This document shows positions 47,847 to 56,760 of a stretch of 64,000 nucleotides of DNA, piece by piece; the first letter of the stretch is position 1; every line of letters begins with the position of its first letter. The DNA is taken from the NCBI GenBank assembly GCA_937874465.1, contig CALNAX010000070.1:53476-117475 (forward strand). Direction: 5' to 3'. Source of the DNA: an uncultured Bacillales bacterium. GTDB lineage: Bacteria; Bacillota_I; Bacilli_A; RFN20; CAG-288. Below the pieces are notes generated by a model that was not told the origin of the DNA, searched no databases, and saw only the letters and a program-made list of their open reading frames with translations. The translations under genes and the position numbers were made by a program.

Positions 47847-48728
47847 ATGGCGTCGGACAACAGGCTTTGGCATCGCCAGCTCGAGGTGGGCCTTACTGCC
47901 GCCAAGAAAGCCATGGCGACCATCCTTTTGATTTACCGCAAGGGCTTCTCGGTCAAGATCAAGGCGGACAATTCGCCGGTGACCGACGCCGATTTGGCTT
48001 CCAACAAGCTCATTAAGTCGATCCTGAACAAGGCGTTCCCCGATTACGCCATCCTTTCGGAGGAGGATGCCGACAATCCCGAAAGGCTCAACAAGGAATG
48101 GGTCTTCATAATAGATCCGCTGGATGGCACGGAGGATTTCGTCCACAAGGACAACCAGTTTTGCGTTAACATCGGCCTTGTCCATTTCCATAGGCCGGTG
48201 ATGGGTATCGTCGCCATTCCCTATACCGGTGAGATCTTCTACGCCTACAAGGATCAGGGGGCCTTTGTCGTCTCCGACACCGACCCGACCCCCCATAAGA
48301 TCCATGTTTCCGACAGGGACGACGATCTGATCGCCGTCACTTCCCATTTCCATACGACTCCGGTGGAGGAAGACATATACAGGACCGACCCCAAGGTGAA
48401 AGGCGTATTGAAGGTCGGGAGTTCCATCAAGAGCTGCCTAATCGCTGGCGGGAAGGCGGATGTCGCCATAAAGCTTGGCCCGGGGACCAAGGAATGGGAT
48501 ACCTGCGCGCCCCAGGTCTTGGTCACGGAGGCGGGTGGTTTCTTCCTTACGCCCGACTGGACCGAGCGTCTCTATGACAAACCCGATGTCTATAACCACG
48601 ATGGCTATAGCATCGCCAACAAATTCTCGAATCTTCTGTCCTTGGGGATAATCTCGAAGAAAAATCTGGCCGATGACCGGAAAAAGGCCAAGGGCTTGCT
48701 TAAGAGGGCTTTCGGCAAGAAGAGGTGA
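47847..48728 (+). CDS. inositol monophosphatase / CysQ-family phosphatase
   Basis: SEED.., IIDPLDGTEDF and WDTCA motifs, with a basic C-terminal tail. Confidence 0.8.
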   Translation: MASDNRLWHRQLEVGLTAAKKAMATILLIYRKGFSVKIKADNSPVTDADLASNKLIKSILNKAFPDYAILSEEDADNPERLNKEWVFIIDPLDGTEDFVHKDNQFCVNIGLVHFHRPVMGIVAIPYTGEIFYAYKDQGAFVVSDTDPTPHKIHVSDRDDDLIAVTSHFHTTPVEEDIYRTDPKVKGVLKVGSSIKSCLIAGGKADVAIKLGPGTKEWDTCAPQVLVTEAGGFFLTPDWTERLYDKPDVYNHDGYSIANKFSNLLSLGIISKKNLADDRKKAKGLLKRAFGKKR

Positions 48729-48741
48729 CAATGGCCAGACA

Positions 48742-50661
48742 CTACATTTGGTCCAGCATCTTGTATAGCTTGTTGATCTCGTCTTGCTTGTCGTCTATCT
48801 TCCCCTGCAATTCGTCGAGCTTGGCCATGTCGTGATAATAATCCGGGCTGTCGGTCAGCTTCTCCAGCTCTTCGAGCTCCTGCTCCTTCTTGGTAATCTT
48901 CTCCATCAGCTTTTCTGCCGTGAATTCGGAAACCTTCTTGGGCTTCTCTTCGGGCTGGTCGAGAAGTATCGGATTGATCTTTGGGGCCTCGGGCACGGGC
49001 TTGGCCTCTTTTTGGTCCTTGAAGATGTCGCTATCGACCTCCTTGGCGTATTTCTCGATGCCGATGGCAGCAAAGTCGGAATAGGACCCCTCGAAGACAT
49101 AGGACTTGCCTTGATAAAGATATACGATCCGGTTGGCCACCGAGTCGACGAAATCGCGGTCGTGGCTCACGGTTATCAAGGTCCCCTTGTAGTCGGACAG
49201 GGCATCTTCCAGTTCGGACTTGGTGAATAGGTCCAAATGGTTGGTAGGCTCATCGAGGATTAGGATGTCGTAGTTCTCCAGGCAAAGCTTGGCCAGGATC
49301 ACCCGCATCTGTTCCCCGCCCGACAGGGAGTCGATGGTCTTCTGGTTGTCGTCATCGTAGGAGAAGGCGAAGCTTCCCAGGTGGTTATAGATCTTTTGGT
49401 CTTCCATCAGGGGGAAGTTGTCCTTGAAATAGTTGAAGATCGTCCTTGGATCCTTGATGTTCATGAAATCCTGCTGGAGGTAACCTAAGGAAAGGCGGGT
49501 CATGAACTCGATGTCGCCAGACTTCGGCTTCAATTGACCCATTATGGTCTTGACCAAGGTCGACTTGCCCGTGCCGTTTGGGCCCATGATCGCGATATGG
49601 TCCTGACCCCTGATGGTAAGGTCCATAGCGGAAATCAAGGCCGGTCCATCGGCATAGCCCACTGAGACATCCTTGAAGCGAAGCAGTTCCTTGTCGGCCC
49701 TAATCTCTCCCTGAAAGTCGATATGAACCTTGTTCTTCACTTCCGTTGGCTTGTTGATCGCAGTCTTCTCGAGTCTTGCCAACTTCTTTTCCCTATCGTG
49801 GGCACGAGAGGCGAAGCGAGGCTTTGGCATATAGAAGGTGATGAATCGCCTCATCCTCTCCATCTCTTTTTGCTGGCGATTGTATTGTTTGAGGGCCAAT
49901 TCGTAGCGGTGCTGCTTTTCCAAAGCGTATTGGTCGTAGTTTCCGTAATAGGCCGACAATTTTCCGTTCTCCAGTTCCAGGATCTTCGTGGCGAGGTTGT
50001 TGATGAAGTACTTGTCGTGGGACACGAAGAATACGGCGCCTTTGTAGGACTTCAGGTAATTCTCCAGCCACTCTATGGTCACGATATCCAAATGGTTGGT
50101 CGGTTCGTCCAGGATCAACAGATCCGGGTTGAGGAGCAACAGCTTGGCGAAGGCGATCCGCGATTTCTCCCCGCCCGAGAAGGTGGTTATCTTCCTCTCC
50201 CAGCATTCTTTGGGGAAGCCGAAGCTGGTGAGGATGGTGTTTATGTGGTATTCGTAGTCATACCCGCCCCGCTTTTCCAATTCGGCTTCCTTGGCCGCGT
50301 AGGAGTTCTGGAGGTTTATGTCGGAGGGATCCTTGGCCATCCTTTGGCAGATGTCATCTATCTCCTTTATCAGCCTCTTTACGTCAGCAAAGACCGAGCC
50401 AGCCTCCTGGTAGAGCGTATTGTCCTCGCTGGATATGACGTCCTGGGAAAGGTAGCCGACCGAGACGTCCCTTCCGATGACCATGTTTCCCTCGTCCACA
50501 GGCAAAAGCCCCATGGCCATCTTTAGGATGGTCGACTTGCCGGCTCCGTTAAGCCCGATGAGGGCCACTCTCTCCCCACTCTTAATCTCGAAAGAGACGG
50601 GGTCAAAAAGCGGCTTGCCGTCAAAGACCTTGACGGCGTTTTGCGCCTGCAAAAGTATCAT
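48742..50661 (-). CDS. ABC-F family ATPase (two ABC domains, no TM)
   Basis: GLNGAGKST and GPNGTGKST Walker A motifs, two LSGGE signatures and a C-terminal coiled coil. Confidence 0.9.
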   Translation of the reverse strand: MILLQAQNAVKVFDGKPLFDPVSFEIKSGERVALIGLNGAGKSTILKMAMGLLPVDEGNMVIGRDVSVGYLSQDVISSEDNTLYQEAGSVFADVKRLIKEIDDICQRMAKDPSDINLQNSYAAKEAELEKRGGYDYEYHINTILTSFGFPKECWERKITTFSGGEKSRIAFAKLLLLNPDLLILDEPTNHLDIVTIEWLENYLKSYKGAVFFVSHDKYFINNLATKILELENGKLSAYYGNYDQYALEKQHRYELALKQYNRQQKEMERMRRFITFYMPKPRFASRAHDREKKLARLEKTAINKPTEVKNKVHIDFQGEIRADKELLRFKDVSVGYADGPALISAMDLTIRGQDHIAIMGPNGTGKSTLVKTIMGQLKPKSGDIEFMTRLSLGYLQQDFMNIKDPRTIFNYFKDNFPLMEDQKIYNHLGSFAFSYDDDNQKTIDSLSGGEQMRVILAKLCLENYDILILDEPTNHLDLFTKSELEDALSDYKGTLITVSHDRDFVDSVANRIVYLYQGKSYVFEGSYSDFAAIGIEKYAKEVDSDIFKDQKEAKPVPEAPKINPILLDQPEEKPKKVSEFTAEKLMEKITKKEQELEELEKLTDSPDYYHDMAKLDELQGKIDDKQDEINKLYKMLDQM

Positions 50662-50682
50662 TTCGCTAACCTTGATGTTCTA

Positions 50683-51984
50683 TTAGATTATGTCTTCTTC
50701 TATCAATGGTACAGCCCCGGGCTCTATGGGTCCAATGATGAAGTCCCTAAGGATGTGGGTCCCGACTTCCTCTACTATCGGTCGCTCCGAATGAAGGGTG
50801 CAAAGGACATCGCCTCGCTTGACCAGGTCCCCGCGCTTCTTGGCCAGGGTTATCCCGGCAGCATGATCGATCACGTCGCCTTCCTTGGCTCGGCCTGCGC
50901 CCAATTCCATGGCTGACAGGCCTAGGTCATAGGCATCGATGCTTTGGATGAAGCCATCGGTCAGGGCCTTGACGTCGTAACTGTAGAGGGCATTGGGGAA
51001 TTTGTCGGGGCTGTCGATGAAGGAAACGTCTCCCCCCTGGGCCTCCACCATCCTCTTGAAGGCATCGAGGGCCGAACCGTCAGCCAAGCACTTCTCTAGT
51101 TTCTTCCTGGCCGTGTCCTTGTTCAAGGCCAAGCCGGCCTGCATGAGAAGGTAGGTCCCGGAATGGAGACAGATTTCGGTAAGGTCGGCTGGCCCTTGGT
51201 TCTTGAGGGTCTTTATGGCCTCCTTGACTTCCAGGGCATTGCCGATCTCGTATCCGAGGGGCTGGGACATATCGGTAATCTCGGCCGAGGTGTTAAGCCC
51301 CGCCTTGTGACCAAGGGTCACCATCAAGTTGGCCAGCTTCCGTGCCGAATCGAGGTCTTTCATGAAGGCCCCGTTTCCGTATTTGACGTCCAAGAGCTGT
51401 ATGTCGGACCCATCGGCCATCTTCTTGGACATGATCGAGGAGGCAATGAGGGGAATGGAATCCACGGTGGCCGTGGCATCCCTTAGGGCATACATCTTCT
51501 TGTCGGCAGGGACTATGTCATCGGTTTGGGACATTATCGCTATGCCGATCCGCTTTACCTGATCGATGAACTGCTCAACGGTAAGGTCGGTCTTGAAGCC
51601 GGGGATGCTCTCGAGCTTGTCGATGGTCCCTCCGGTATGGCCAAGGCCTCGGCCGGACATCTTGGCAAACTTTCCGCCGCAGGCGGCAAGCATCGGCCCC
51701 AACACCAGGGTTGTCTTGTCTCCCACCCCGCCGGTGGAATGCTTGTCGACTTTCTTGCCGGGAATCGAGGACAGGTCGATGGTCTTACCGGATTTAAGCA
51801 TCGCCACGGTGAGGAAAAAGGTTTCCTCGTCCGTCATGCCCTTGAGGCAGATGGCCATGAGGAGGGCGGAAGCCTGGTAGTCGGGAATGTCGCCTGACGC
51901 GAAGTGCTCGACGAAGAAGTTTATCTCTTCCTTCGATAGTTCTCCGCCATGCATCTTCTCGGCAATTATGTCGTAGATCCTCAT
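50683..51984 (-). CDS. pdp: pyrimidine-nucleoside phosphorylase
   Basis: MRIYDIIAEK..., DKHSTGGVGDK and SGRGLGHTGGT motifs. Confidence 0.95.
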   Translation of the reverse strand: MRIYDIIAEKMHGGELSKEEINFFVEHFASGDIPDYQASALLMAICLKGMTDEETFFLTVAMLKSGKTIDLSSIPGKKVDKHSTGGVGDKTTLVLGPMLAACGGKFAKMSGRGLGHTGGTIDKLESIPGFKTDLTVEQFIDQVKRIGIAIMSQTDDIVPADKKMYALRDATATVDSIPLIASSIMSKKMADGSDIQLLDVKYGNGAFMKDLDSARKLANLMVTLGHKAGLNTSAEITDMSQPLGYEIGNALEVKEAIKTLKNQGPADLTEICLHSGTYLLMQAGLALNKDTARKKLEKCLADGSALDAFKRMVEAQGGDVSFIDSPDKFPNALYSYDVKALTDGFIQSIDAYDLGLSAMELGAGRAKEGDVIDHAAGITLAKKRGDLVKRGDVLCTLHSERPIVEEVGTHILRDFIIGPIEPGAVPLIEEDII

Positions 51985-52011
51985 ACTTTTACCTCGATAC
52001 TGACCATGGCG

Positions 52012-52020
52012 ATTATACCA
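52012..52020 (-). promoter_or_regulatory. extended -10 promoter element for pdp
   Basis: The minus strand reads TGGTATAAT, 27 nt upstream of the ATG, with GAGGT between them. Confidence 0.5.
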
Positions 52021-52050
52021 AAACCCTCAAGGCACTTCCCTGCCAATAAA

Positions 52051-52077
52051 ACAAAAAGGCCGGCCTTCAGGCCGACC
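52051..52077 (-). terminator. terminator of the 167-aa hypothetical gene
   Basis: The minus strand reads GGTCGGCC-TGAA-GGCCGGCC followed by TTTTTGTTTT. Confidence 0.8.
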
Positions 52078-52091
52078 TTTGAAGCAAACGC

Positions 52092-52595
52092 TTAGTCGAT
52101 CGAAAGGGTGAGCCAACGGTCGTTGTTGTCGCCGTTGTCGTTGTCGTAGACCCTTACGTAGATGGTGTGGACCTTGTCGTCTCCGACATAGCGGAGCACC
52201 GATTCGGGCTGGACATAGACATAGGCCTGATCGCCGGACTCCGAGAGCACCACCAAGGCGTTCTCCGCGGAGAAGAAGTCCTTGGCCTTGCCGACCAAAG
52301 TGTAGCCGTGATTGGCGTCGGCGGGGACGGGGACCGGCCGGCCGTCAGCATGCTTGAAGGAAACGGGGCCTTGGCCGATCTTGCCAATCCAGTAGTACTC
52401 CTTCACGCCGTAGATGCCGGAGATCTGGGCCTTGAATTGATGGGCGGCATCGATGCCACCTTCACCCTCAAGGAAGTAGAGATCCTCGCTACCCTTCCAA
52501 CTCGAGCCACTGGCGGCAGCGGAAACCGCGGTCTTGCAGTCTACGCAAACGGACGTCTCATCGATACGTCTTCTGGAATAATTGGCCATGGACAT
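52092..52595 (-). CDS. hypothetical protein
   Basis: 167-aa ORF with a GGGAGGAATG start context and its own terminator. I recognise no motif. Confidence 0.55.
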   Translation of the reverse strand: MSMANYSRRRIDETSVCVDCKTAVSAAASGSSWKGSEDLYFLEGEGGIDAAHQFKAQISGIYGVKEYYWIGKIGQGPVSFKHADGRPVPVPADANHGYTLVGKAKDFFSAENALVVLSESGDQAYVYVQPESVLRYVGDDKVHTIYVRVYDNDNGDNNDRWLTLSID

Positions 52596-52768
52596 TCCTC
52601 CCTTGTGACAAACTTAATATAACACCCATTGAGTATTTTTAAGTGCTGTTAAGGAGCACCAGCACTATTTTACACGCTGGCAAGAAAGCGCTTACCAAAA
52701 TTTGAGACATTTCGACTTTTTCACCTCGCAACCATGACTCAGAAAGTGATTTCGTTAACTACCGGTAA

Positions 52769-52777
52769 TGCTAGAAT
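52769..52777 (+). promoter_or_regulatory. extended -10 element immediately upstream of rsmF
   Basis: TGCTAGAAT ends 6 nt before the GTG at 52784. Confidence 0.4.
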
Positions 52778-52783
52778 ATTTTC

Positions 52784-54076
52784 GTGCCAATCACGGACAA
52801 AGATTACGAAGAGATGCTTTCCGGAGTTGTCTCAGGTCTGGATTTCCAGACCTTTTTGTCATCCTTGGACCGAGATCCGGTCAAGGGCGCATGCTTCGAC
52901 AGCGAAAGGATTTCCTTTGCCGACATAAAGGCGGAGATACCAGAGGCTTCGGAAACGGAAGACGATGGCTATTTTGAATATCCGTATGGGACCGTAACAG
53001 GGAATAAGCCCCTTTATGCGGCAGGGGCCATATATCCCATGGACCATTCCGCCTATAAGGTGGCCAAGCACCTGGCCATGCTTTTGAAGGGGAAGGAGCA
53101 GGCCCGGATCCTGGACATGTGTGCCGCCCCGGGTGGCAAGTCCATTGCCCTTTGCTCCCTTTTGACACCGGCCCTGCTCGTGGCCAACGACCTAAGTGCC
53201 AAACGGGCCGGGATATTGAAGACCAACATGGAACGCGCCGGTCTTTTGGCGGTGGTGACAAACAGCGATCCCAAGGACTTTGCCGTCGACTTCCAGGGCT
53301 ATTTCGATGCCGTCATACTCGATGCTCCCTGTTCGGGCTCGGGTATGTCCCGCAAGAAGGAGAAGATGGCCGACGATTGGACCAAGGACAAGGTCTTGGC
53401 CTGCGTCCCGATCCAAAGAGCGCTTCTGGATGCGGCTTATGGGCTGCTGAGAAAGGGCGGGATACTCTCTTACTCCACCTGCTCCTATTCACGCCAGGAA
53501 GACGAGGATCAGATCAGCGATTTCCTGAAGAGACACAAGGATTGCAAAGCCATGAGGCCTTGCAAAGACGGCTGTGTAGCGGGAATAGACAATCTTGGCG
53601 AACGGTATCTGCCCGGCCTTTTCGACGGGGAGGGCCAATATTCCTGCTTCATCGTGAAGTTGGGGAGATCCCCGGTGAACGAACCCATAGCGTCTTTGCC
53701 GGTGAAGGCGGCGGAGTTCGCTTTCCCGTCGTTCTCCCTGAATGGGAACGACTGGGTGAATCCCGGCTTCGACGCCCGCCTCGCAAGACACGGGGTCATC
53801 AGGGCCGGCTACGCCCTGCTGGACAAGGAGCAGTATGCCAAATGCCCTTATGACTGGGATCTTTGCCATTGCCCCTCTTTGCCGTTCAAGAGACTGGAGC
53901 TGACCCTTGATCAGGTCCTCAAGTTCATAAGGGGCGAGGACATCAGGATGGATACCAAGGGCTACGATGGGATAATCGCCATCGCCACCTTCAAGGGCTT
54001 CCCCTTGGCCTTTTGCCGCGGCGTAAGGGGAAGGCTAAGGAACTTCTTGCCTAAGGGGCTGAGGGTCAAAGACTAG
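52784..54076 (+). CDS. rsmF: NOL1/NOP2/Sun-family rRNA m5C methyltransferase (RsmF-like), motifs intact
   Basis: LDMCAAPGGKS, LDAPCSGSGM, YSTCSY and a C-terminal PUA-like region. The start is uncertain (GTG 52784 or ATG 52814). Confidence 0.8.
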   Translation: MPITDKDYEEMLSGVVSGLDFQTFLSSLDRDPVKGACFDSERISFADIKAEIPEASETEDDGYFEYPYGTVTGNKPLYAAGAIYPMDHSAYKVAKHLAMLLKGKEQARILDMCAAPGGKSIALCSLLTPALLVANDLSAKRAGILKTNMERAGLLAVVTNSDPKDFAVDFQGYFDAVILDAPCSGSGMSRKKEKMADDWTKDKVLACVPIQRALLDAAYGLLRKGGILSYSTCSYSRQEDEDQISDFLKRHKDCKAMRPCKDGCVAGIDNLGERYLPGLFDGEGQYSCFIVKLGRSPVNEPIASLPVKAAEFAFPSFSLNGNDWVNPGFDARLARHGVIRAGYALLDKEQYAKCPYDWDLCHCPSLPFKRLELTLDQVLKFIRGEDIRMDTKGYDGIIAIATFKGFPLAFCRGVRGRLRNFLPKGLRVKD

Positions 54077-55461
54077 CTCTTGGTCGGATTGACGGTGTAA
54101 AGGGAGAGGCCCTCGAGCCCATCCGCCTTGACGATGTTGCTGGTATCGAAGGTGATGAACGAGGCCACCAGCCCTTCGGCCTCCACTTCGCAGATGTCCT
54201 GGTCCAAGAATGCCTTGACCAGTACCTTCGAACCCTTCACGGGCAAACCGGTTATCTCGATACGAGTATGACCGGAGGTCTTGTCCATGGCCTTGCGCCT
54301 ATCCACATGGAGCAGGCTATCGGTAAGGTAGATGGAGAGATTGCCCAGTTTTAAGTAACTGCCTTCCTTGAAGGTGGCCTGCGCCAGGATGGGGAAGTGG
54401 GTCTGCTTGATCTTGAAATCAGTGGACTTGTATATCAGGCGCTTGGCGATCAAGGGGTGGATTTCCTGGACTATATGGCCGCTTTCGTCTATCTGGACCC
54501 GGCGCGGAAGGGAGATGAGGCCTCTTTCGCCTTTTATGTCATGGGCCATTATCATCGAGCCGACGATGTAGGGCAGGTTCCTCGTATCGTATGCCACCTT
54601 TGGGGCCCTGATGTCGAAGCCGTAATCCAATGGCACCACCGCCTTTTCGTCGATGGCGAAAGAGAAGTCCTTGAAATCCAGAGCGCCAAACGAAAGAGAG
54701 CAATGGTAGGCCGGAAGGTCGCCGCGCCCAATCTTGTATTTGGGAAGGTTGGATTCAAACACGACCAGGCTTTTGTCCCCCGAGGCGAAGAACCTTATGG
54801 TCCTGACCGCCATTCCCTTGGGAAAGGGCTTGATCCCCCTTAGTTCCCAAGTCCATTTGCTCTCCTTGCCCTTGCGGCCAGCCATGAAGGCCAGACAGCA
54901 GCCCTCCTTGGTCTTGCCGATGAAGGTCAGCAAACGGTTCGAGTTATCTATTCGATAGACTTCCGGATCCCTTAAGGAGCCTGACTCAAAGCCTAGCTTT
55001 TGGGCCTGTTCGTCGGTCAGGATCAGGTCCTTGCCATGTACATTGTCGAAACAGTCCCCGAAGGAGCCGGAGGTGGAGCGAATCGACATCAGGTTGGTCT
55101 TCAGGGGGGAGTCGGCAAGGTAGGTGTTAAGGTCTTCCGGATCCCGCTTGAGGTAGTTGATCCCCACGTAATAGAGGTCTATCTCGCCTTTTTCGTCGGC
55201 GATTGCGGAACCCTCATAGGCTCCGTCCTCGTCTTCTTTCTTGGTCGGGTAGATGGCTATCGGATCGTTATGCCAAAGCAGCAGGTCCTCGCTTGTGGAA
55301 TGGGCGATGTAGCGACGGGATGAGTAAAGACCGAAGGGAAAGTGCTCGAAGAAGACATGGTAGTTTCCCCTTGAATAAAGAGAGCCGAAGGTGCGGAACA
55401 TCGCGTTCTCGCGCGGTGCCGCATGGGCTTTGGGTCTTACTGCTTTTCTTAACGGTTCCAT
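54073..55461 (-). CDS. glycoside hydrolase family 32-like protein lacking the nucleophile motif
   Basis: GNYHVFFEHFPF, HSTSEDLLLW, GAYEGSAI and RDPEVY align to sucrose-6-phosphate hydrolases. The NDPNG motif reads FRTFG. The ATG is at 55459-55461; the ORF track opens one codon earlier at a GTG. Confidence 0.7.
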   Translation of the reverse strand: MEPLRKAVRPKAHAAPRENAMFRTFGSLYSRGNYHVFFEHFPFGLYSSRRYIAHSTSEDLLLWHNDPIAIYPTKKEDEDGAYEGSAIADEKGEIDLYYVGINYLKRDPEDLNTYLADSPLKTNLMSIRSTSGSFGDCFDNVHGKDLILTDEQAQKLGFESGSLRDPEVYRIDNSNRLLTFIGKTKEGCCLAFMAGRKGKESKWTWELRGIKPFPKGMAVRTIRFFASGDKSLVVFESNLPKYKIGRGDLPAYHCSLSFGALDFKDFSFAIDEKAVVPLDYGFDIRAPKVAYDTRNLPYIVGSMIMAHDIKGERGLISLPRRVQIDESGHIVQEIHPLIAKRLIYKSTDFKIKQTHFPILAQATFKEGSYLKLGNLSIYLTDSLLHVDRRKAMDKTSGHTRIEITGLPVKGSKVLVKAFLDQDICEVEAEGLVASFITFDTSNIVKADGLEGLSLYTVNPTKS

Positions 55462-55471
55462 CACTTGTAGG

Positions 55472-55477
55472 ATTATA
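55472..55477 (-). promoter_or_regulatory. candidate -10 box 10 nt upstream of the GH32-like ATG
   Basis: The minus strand reads TATAAT, then CCTACAAGTG, then ATG. No SD is present. Confidence 0.35.
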
Positions 55478-55537
55478 GAACATAGGAAGGCTTAAGACCC
55501 AGCAAGGAAGAGGCTTTTGCCAAAGGCCCTCTTTCTC

Positions 55538-55566
55538 TTGCAAGAAGCAACGGCAGGAATTATAAT
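55538..55566 (+). promoter_or_regulatory. sigma-70 promoter for rpmB
   Basis: TTGCAA (55538-55543), 17-nt spacer, TATAAT (55561-55566). Confidence 0.7.
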
Positions 55567-55618
55567 TGCAAAGCCAAAAGCGGCTTTGAGGCCGTGATTT
55601 CAGGAGGCTGCGCAAACT

Positions 55619-55927
55619 ATGTCTAGAAGAGATCAATTCACTGGTAGGGGACCTTCGAGTGGCAACACCAGGAGTCACTCCCTTGCTTCGACTCGTCGCC
55701 GTTGGGATGTCAACTTGCAATGGGCTACTCTCAACATCGATGGCAAACGCGTGAGAGTGCGCGTATCCACCAAGACTTTGAAGACCCTCAGGAAGAGCCA
55801 GAAGGCCCAGACCCCCGTTGCTGCGACCGCCGTCGCTGCCCCGGCATCTGTCGCCGCTCCGGCTGCTCCCGCTGCCCCTGCTGCCAAGGAAGAGGTCAAG
55901 CCTGTCGCTGCCCCTGCTACCAAGTAG
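55619..55927 (+). CDS. rpmB: 50S ribosomal protein L28 with an Ala/Pro-rich C-terminal tail
   Basis: MSRRDQFTGRGPSSGNTRSHSLASTRRRWDVNLQ... is the L28 core (~60 aa). It is followed by QTPVAATAVAAPASVAAPAAPAAPAAKEEVKPVAAPATK. Confidence 0.9.
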   Translation: MSRRDQFTGRGPSSGNTRSHSLASTRRRWDVNLQWATLNIDGKRVRVRVSTKTLKTLRKSQKAQTPVAATAVAAPASVAAPAAPAAPAAKEEVKPVAAPATK

Positions 55928-55947
55928 TAAGAAAGACGACAATTGAA

Positions 55948-55974
55948 AAGCCCCATCCGTGGGGCTTCTTTTCG
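55948..55974. terminator. bidirectional terminator between rpmB and the convergent membrane-protein gene
   Basis: AAGCCCCA, loop TCCG, TGGGGCTT, with T-rich sequence on both strands. Confidence 0.7.
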
Positions 55975-56005
55975 TATGTGGACCACTTGCTCGAAAAAGG
56001 GCCGA

Positions 56006-56713
56006 CTATGCTCCCATGACGTTAAGCAAGGCCGAGACCATTACCAGGATGACCAGCAGGCCATTGACCAAATAGGCATACCAAACGGTAGTGGCCAACC
56101 AGTTTATCTTCGGTTTCATCCAATAGGTCGCCCCGTTTACCTCGGTCTTTTGCAGCTTGTCCCATTTGTTCAGCTTGGGATTGAACATCAAGAGCATGTT
56201 GGAAAGGCTCACGCCGGCCATGACGTAGGAAACGATGGGGTTGAGCTGGAAGGCGAAAGTCCCCGAAGTCGTGGTCACCATCGGGAAAGTACCGACTCCT
56301 ATCTCGAGGAATATCAAGGCAATCATGCAAGAGAGCGAGATCTTCAAAAGGGAGAAGGGGATGAAGGTAGCCAAGAACAGATCGATCCCCGCCCCGATTC
56401 CGAAAGCCAAAAGGAAAATGGTGGAATAGGTAAGCTCGCCCCCCTTGCCATAGAGCATGCCCAAGAAGGTCATTACGAAGGCGACGCCGGAAAATACGCC
56501 GACCAGGCCCGCGAGTATAGACGGGAAGGCGCTTTTCACACCCCGGGAAAGATCGGTCATTTCGTTGGGAAAGGTATTGAAGATCGTTGCTCCGCTCTTT
56601 TTGTGGTCTGCCTTGGTGAACAAGAAGGCATAGATGAAAAAGGCGATTGTCGCGAGCACGGCCAGCCCCCCGGCAATCAAAACCGTTATTCCATAGGTCA
56701 TTTTGGTATCCAT
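56006..56713 (-). CDS. hypothetical polytopic membrane protein (about 6 TM)
   Basis: The ATG at 56713 (MDTKMTYGITVLIAGG) follows GGGAG. The ORF-track start at 56821 would overlap rpe. It occupies the slot held by thiN in the Bacillus rpe operon. Confidence 0.65.
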   Translation of the reverse strand: MDTKMTYGITVLIAGGLAVLATIAFFIYAFLFTKADHKKSGATIFNTFPNEMTDLSRGVKSAFPSILAGLVGVFSGVAFVMTFLGMLYGKGGELTYSTIFLLAFGIGAGIDLFLATFIPFSLLKISLSCMIALIFLEIGVGTFPMVTTTSGTFAFQLNPIVSYVMAGVSLSNMLLMFNPKLNKWDKLQKTEVNGATYWMKPKINWLATTVWYAYLVNGLLVILVMVSALLNVMGA

Positions 56714-56760
56714 CTCGTTACTCCCTGCGATACTAGGATTATATGCTAAATGACCCGGTT

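Noticed and set aside
52765-52792. dif-like sequence (CTAGAATAT shared with the Bacillus dif XerC arm and spacer).
   Set aside because: Only a 9-nt match is present. The conserved XerD arm (TTATGTAAACT) is absent. The sequence is better explained as an extended -10 promoter element.
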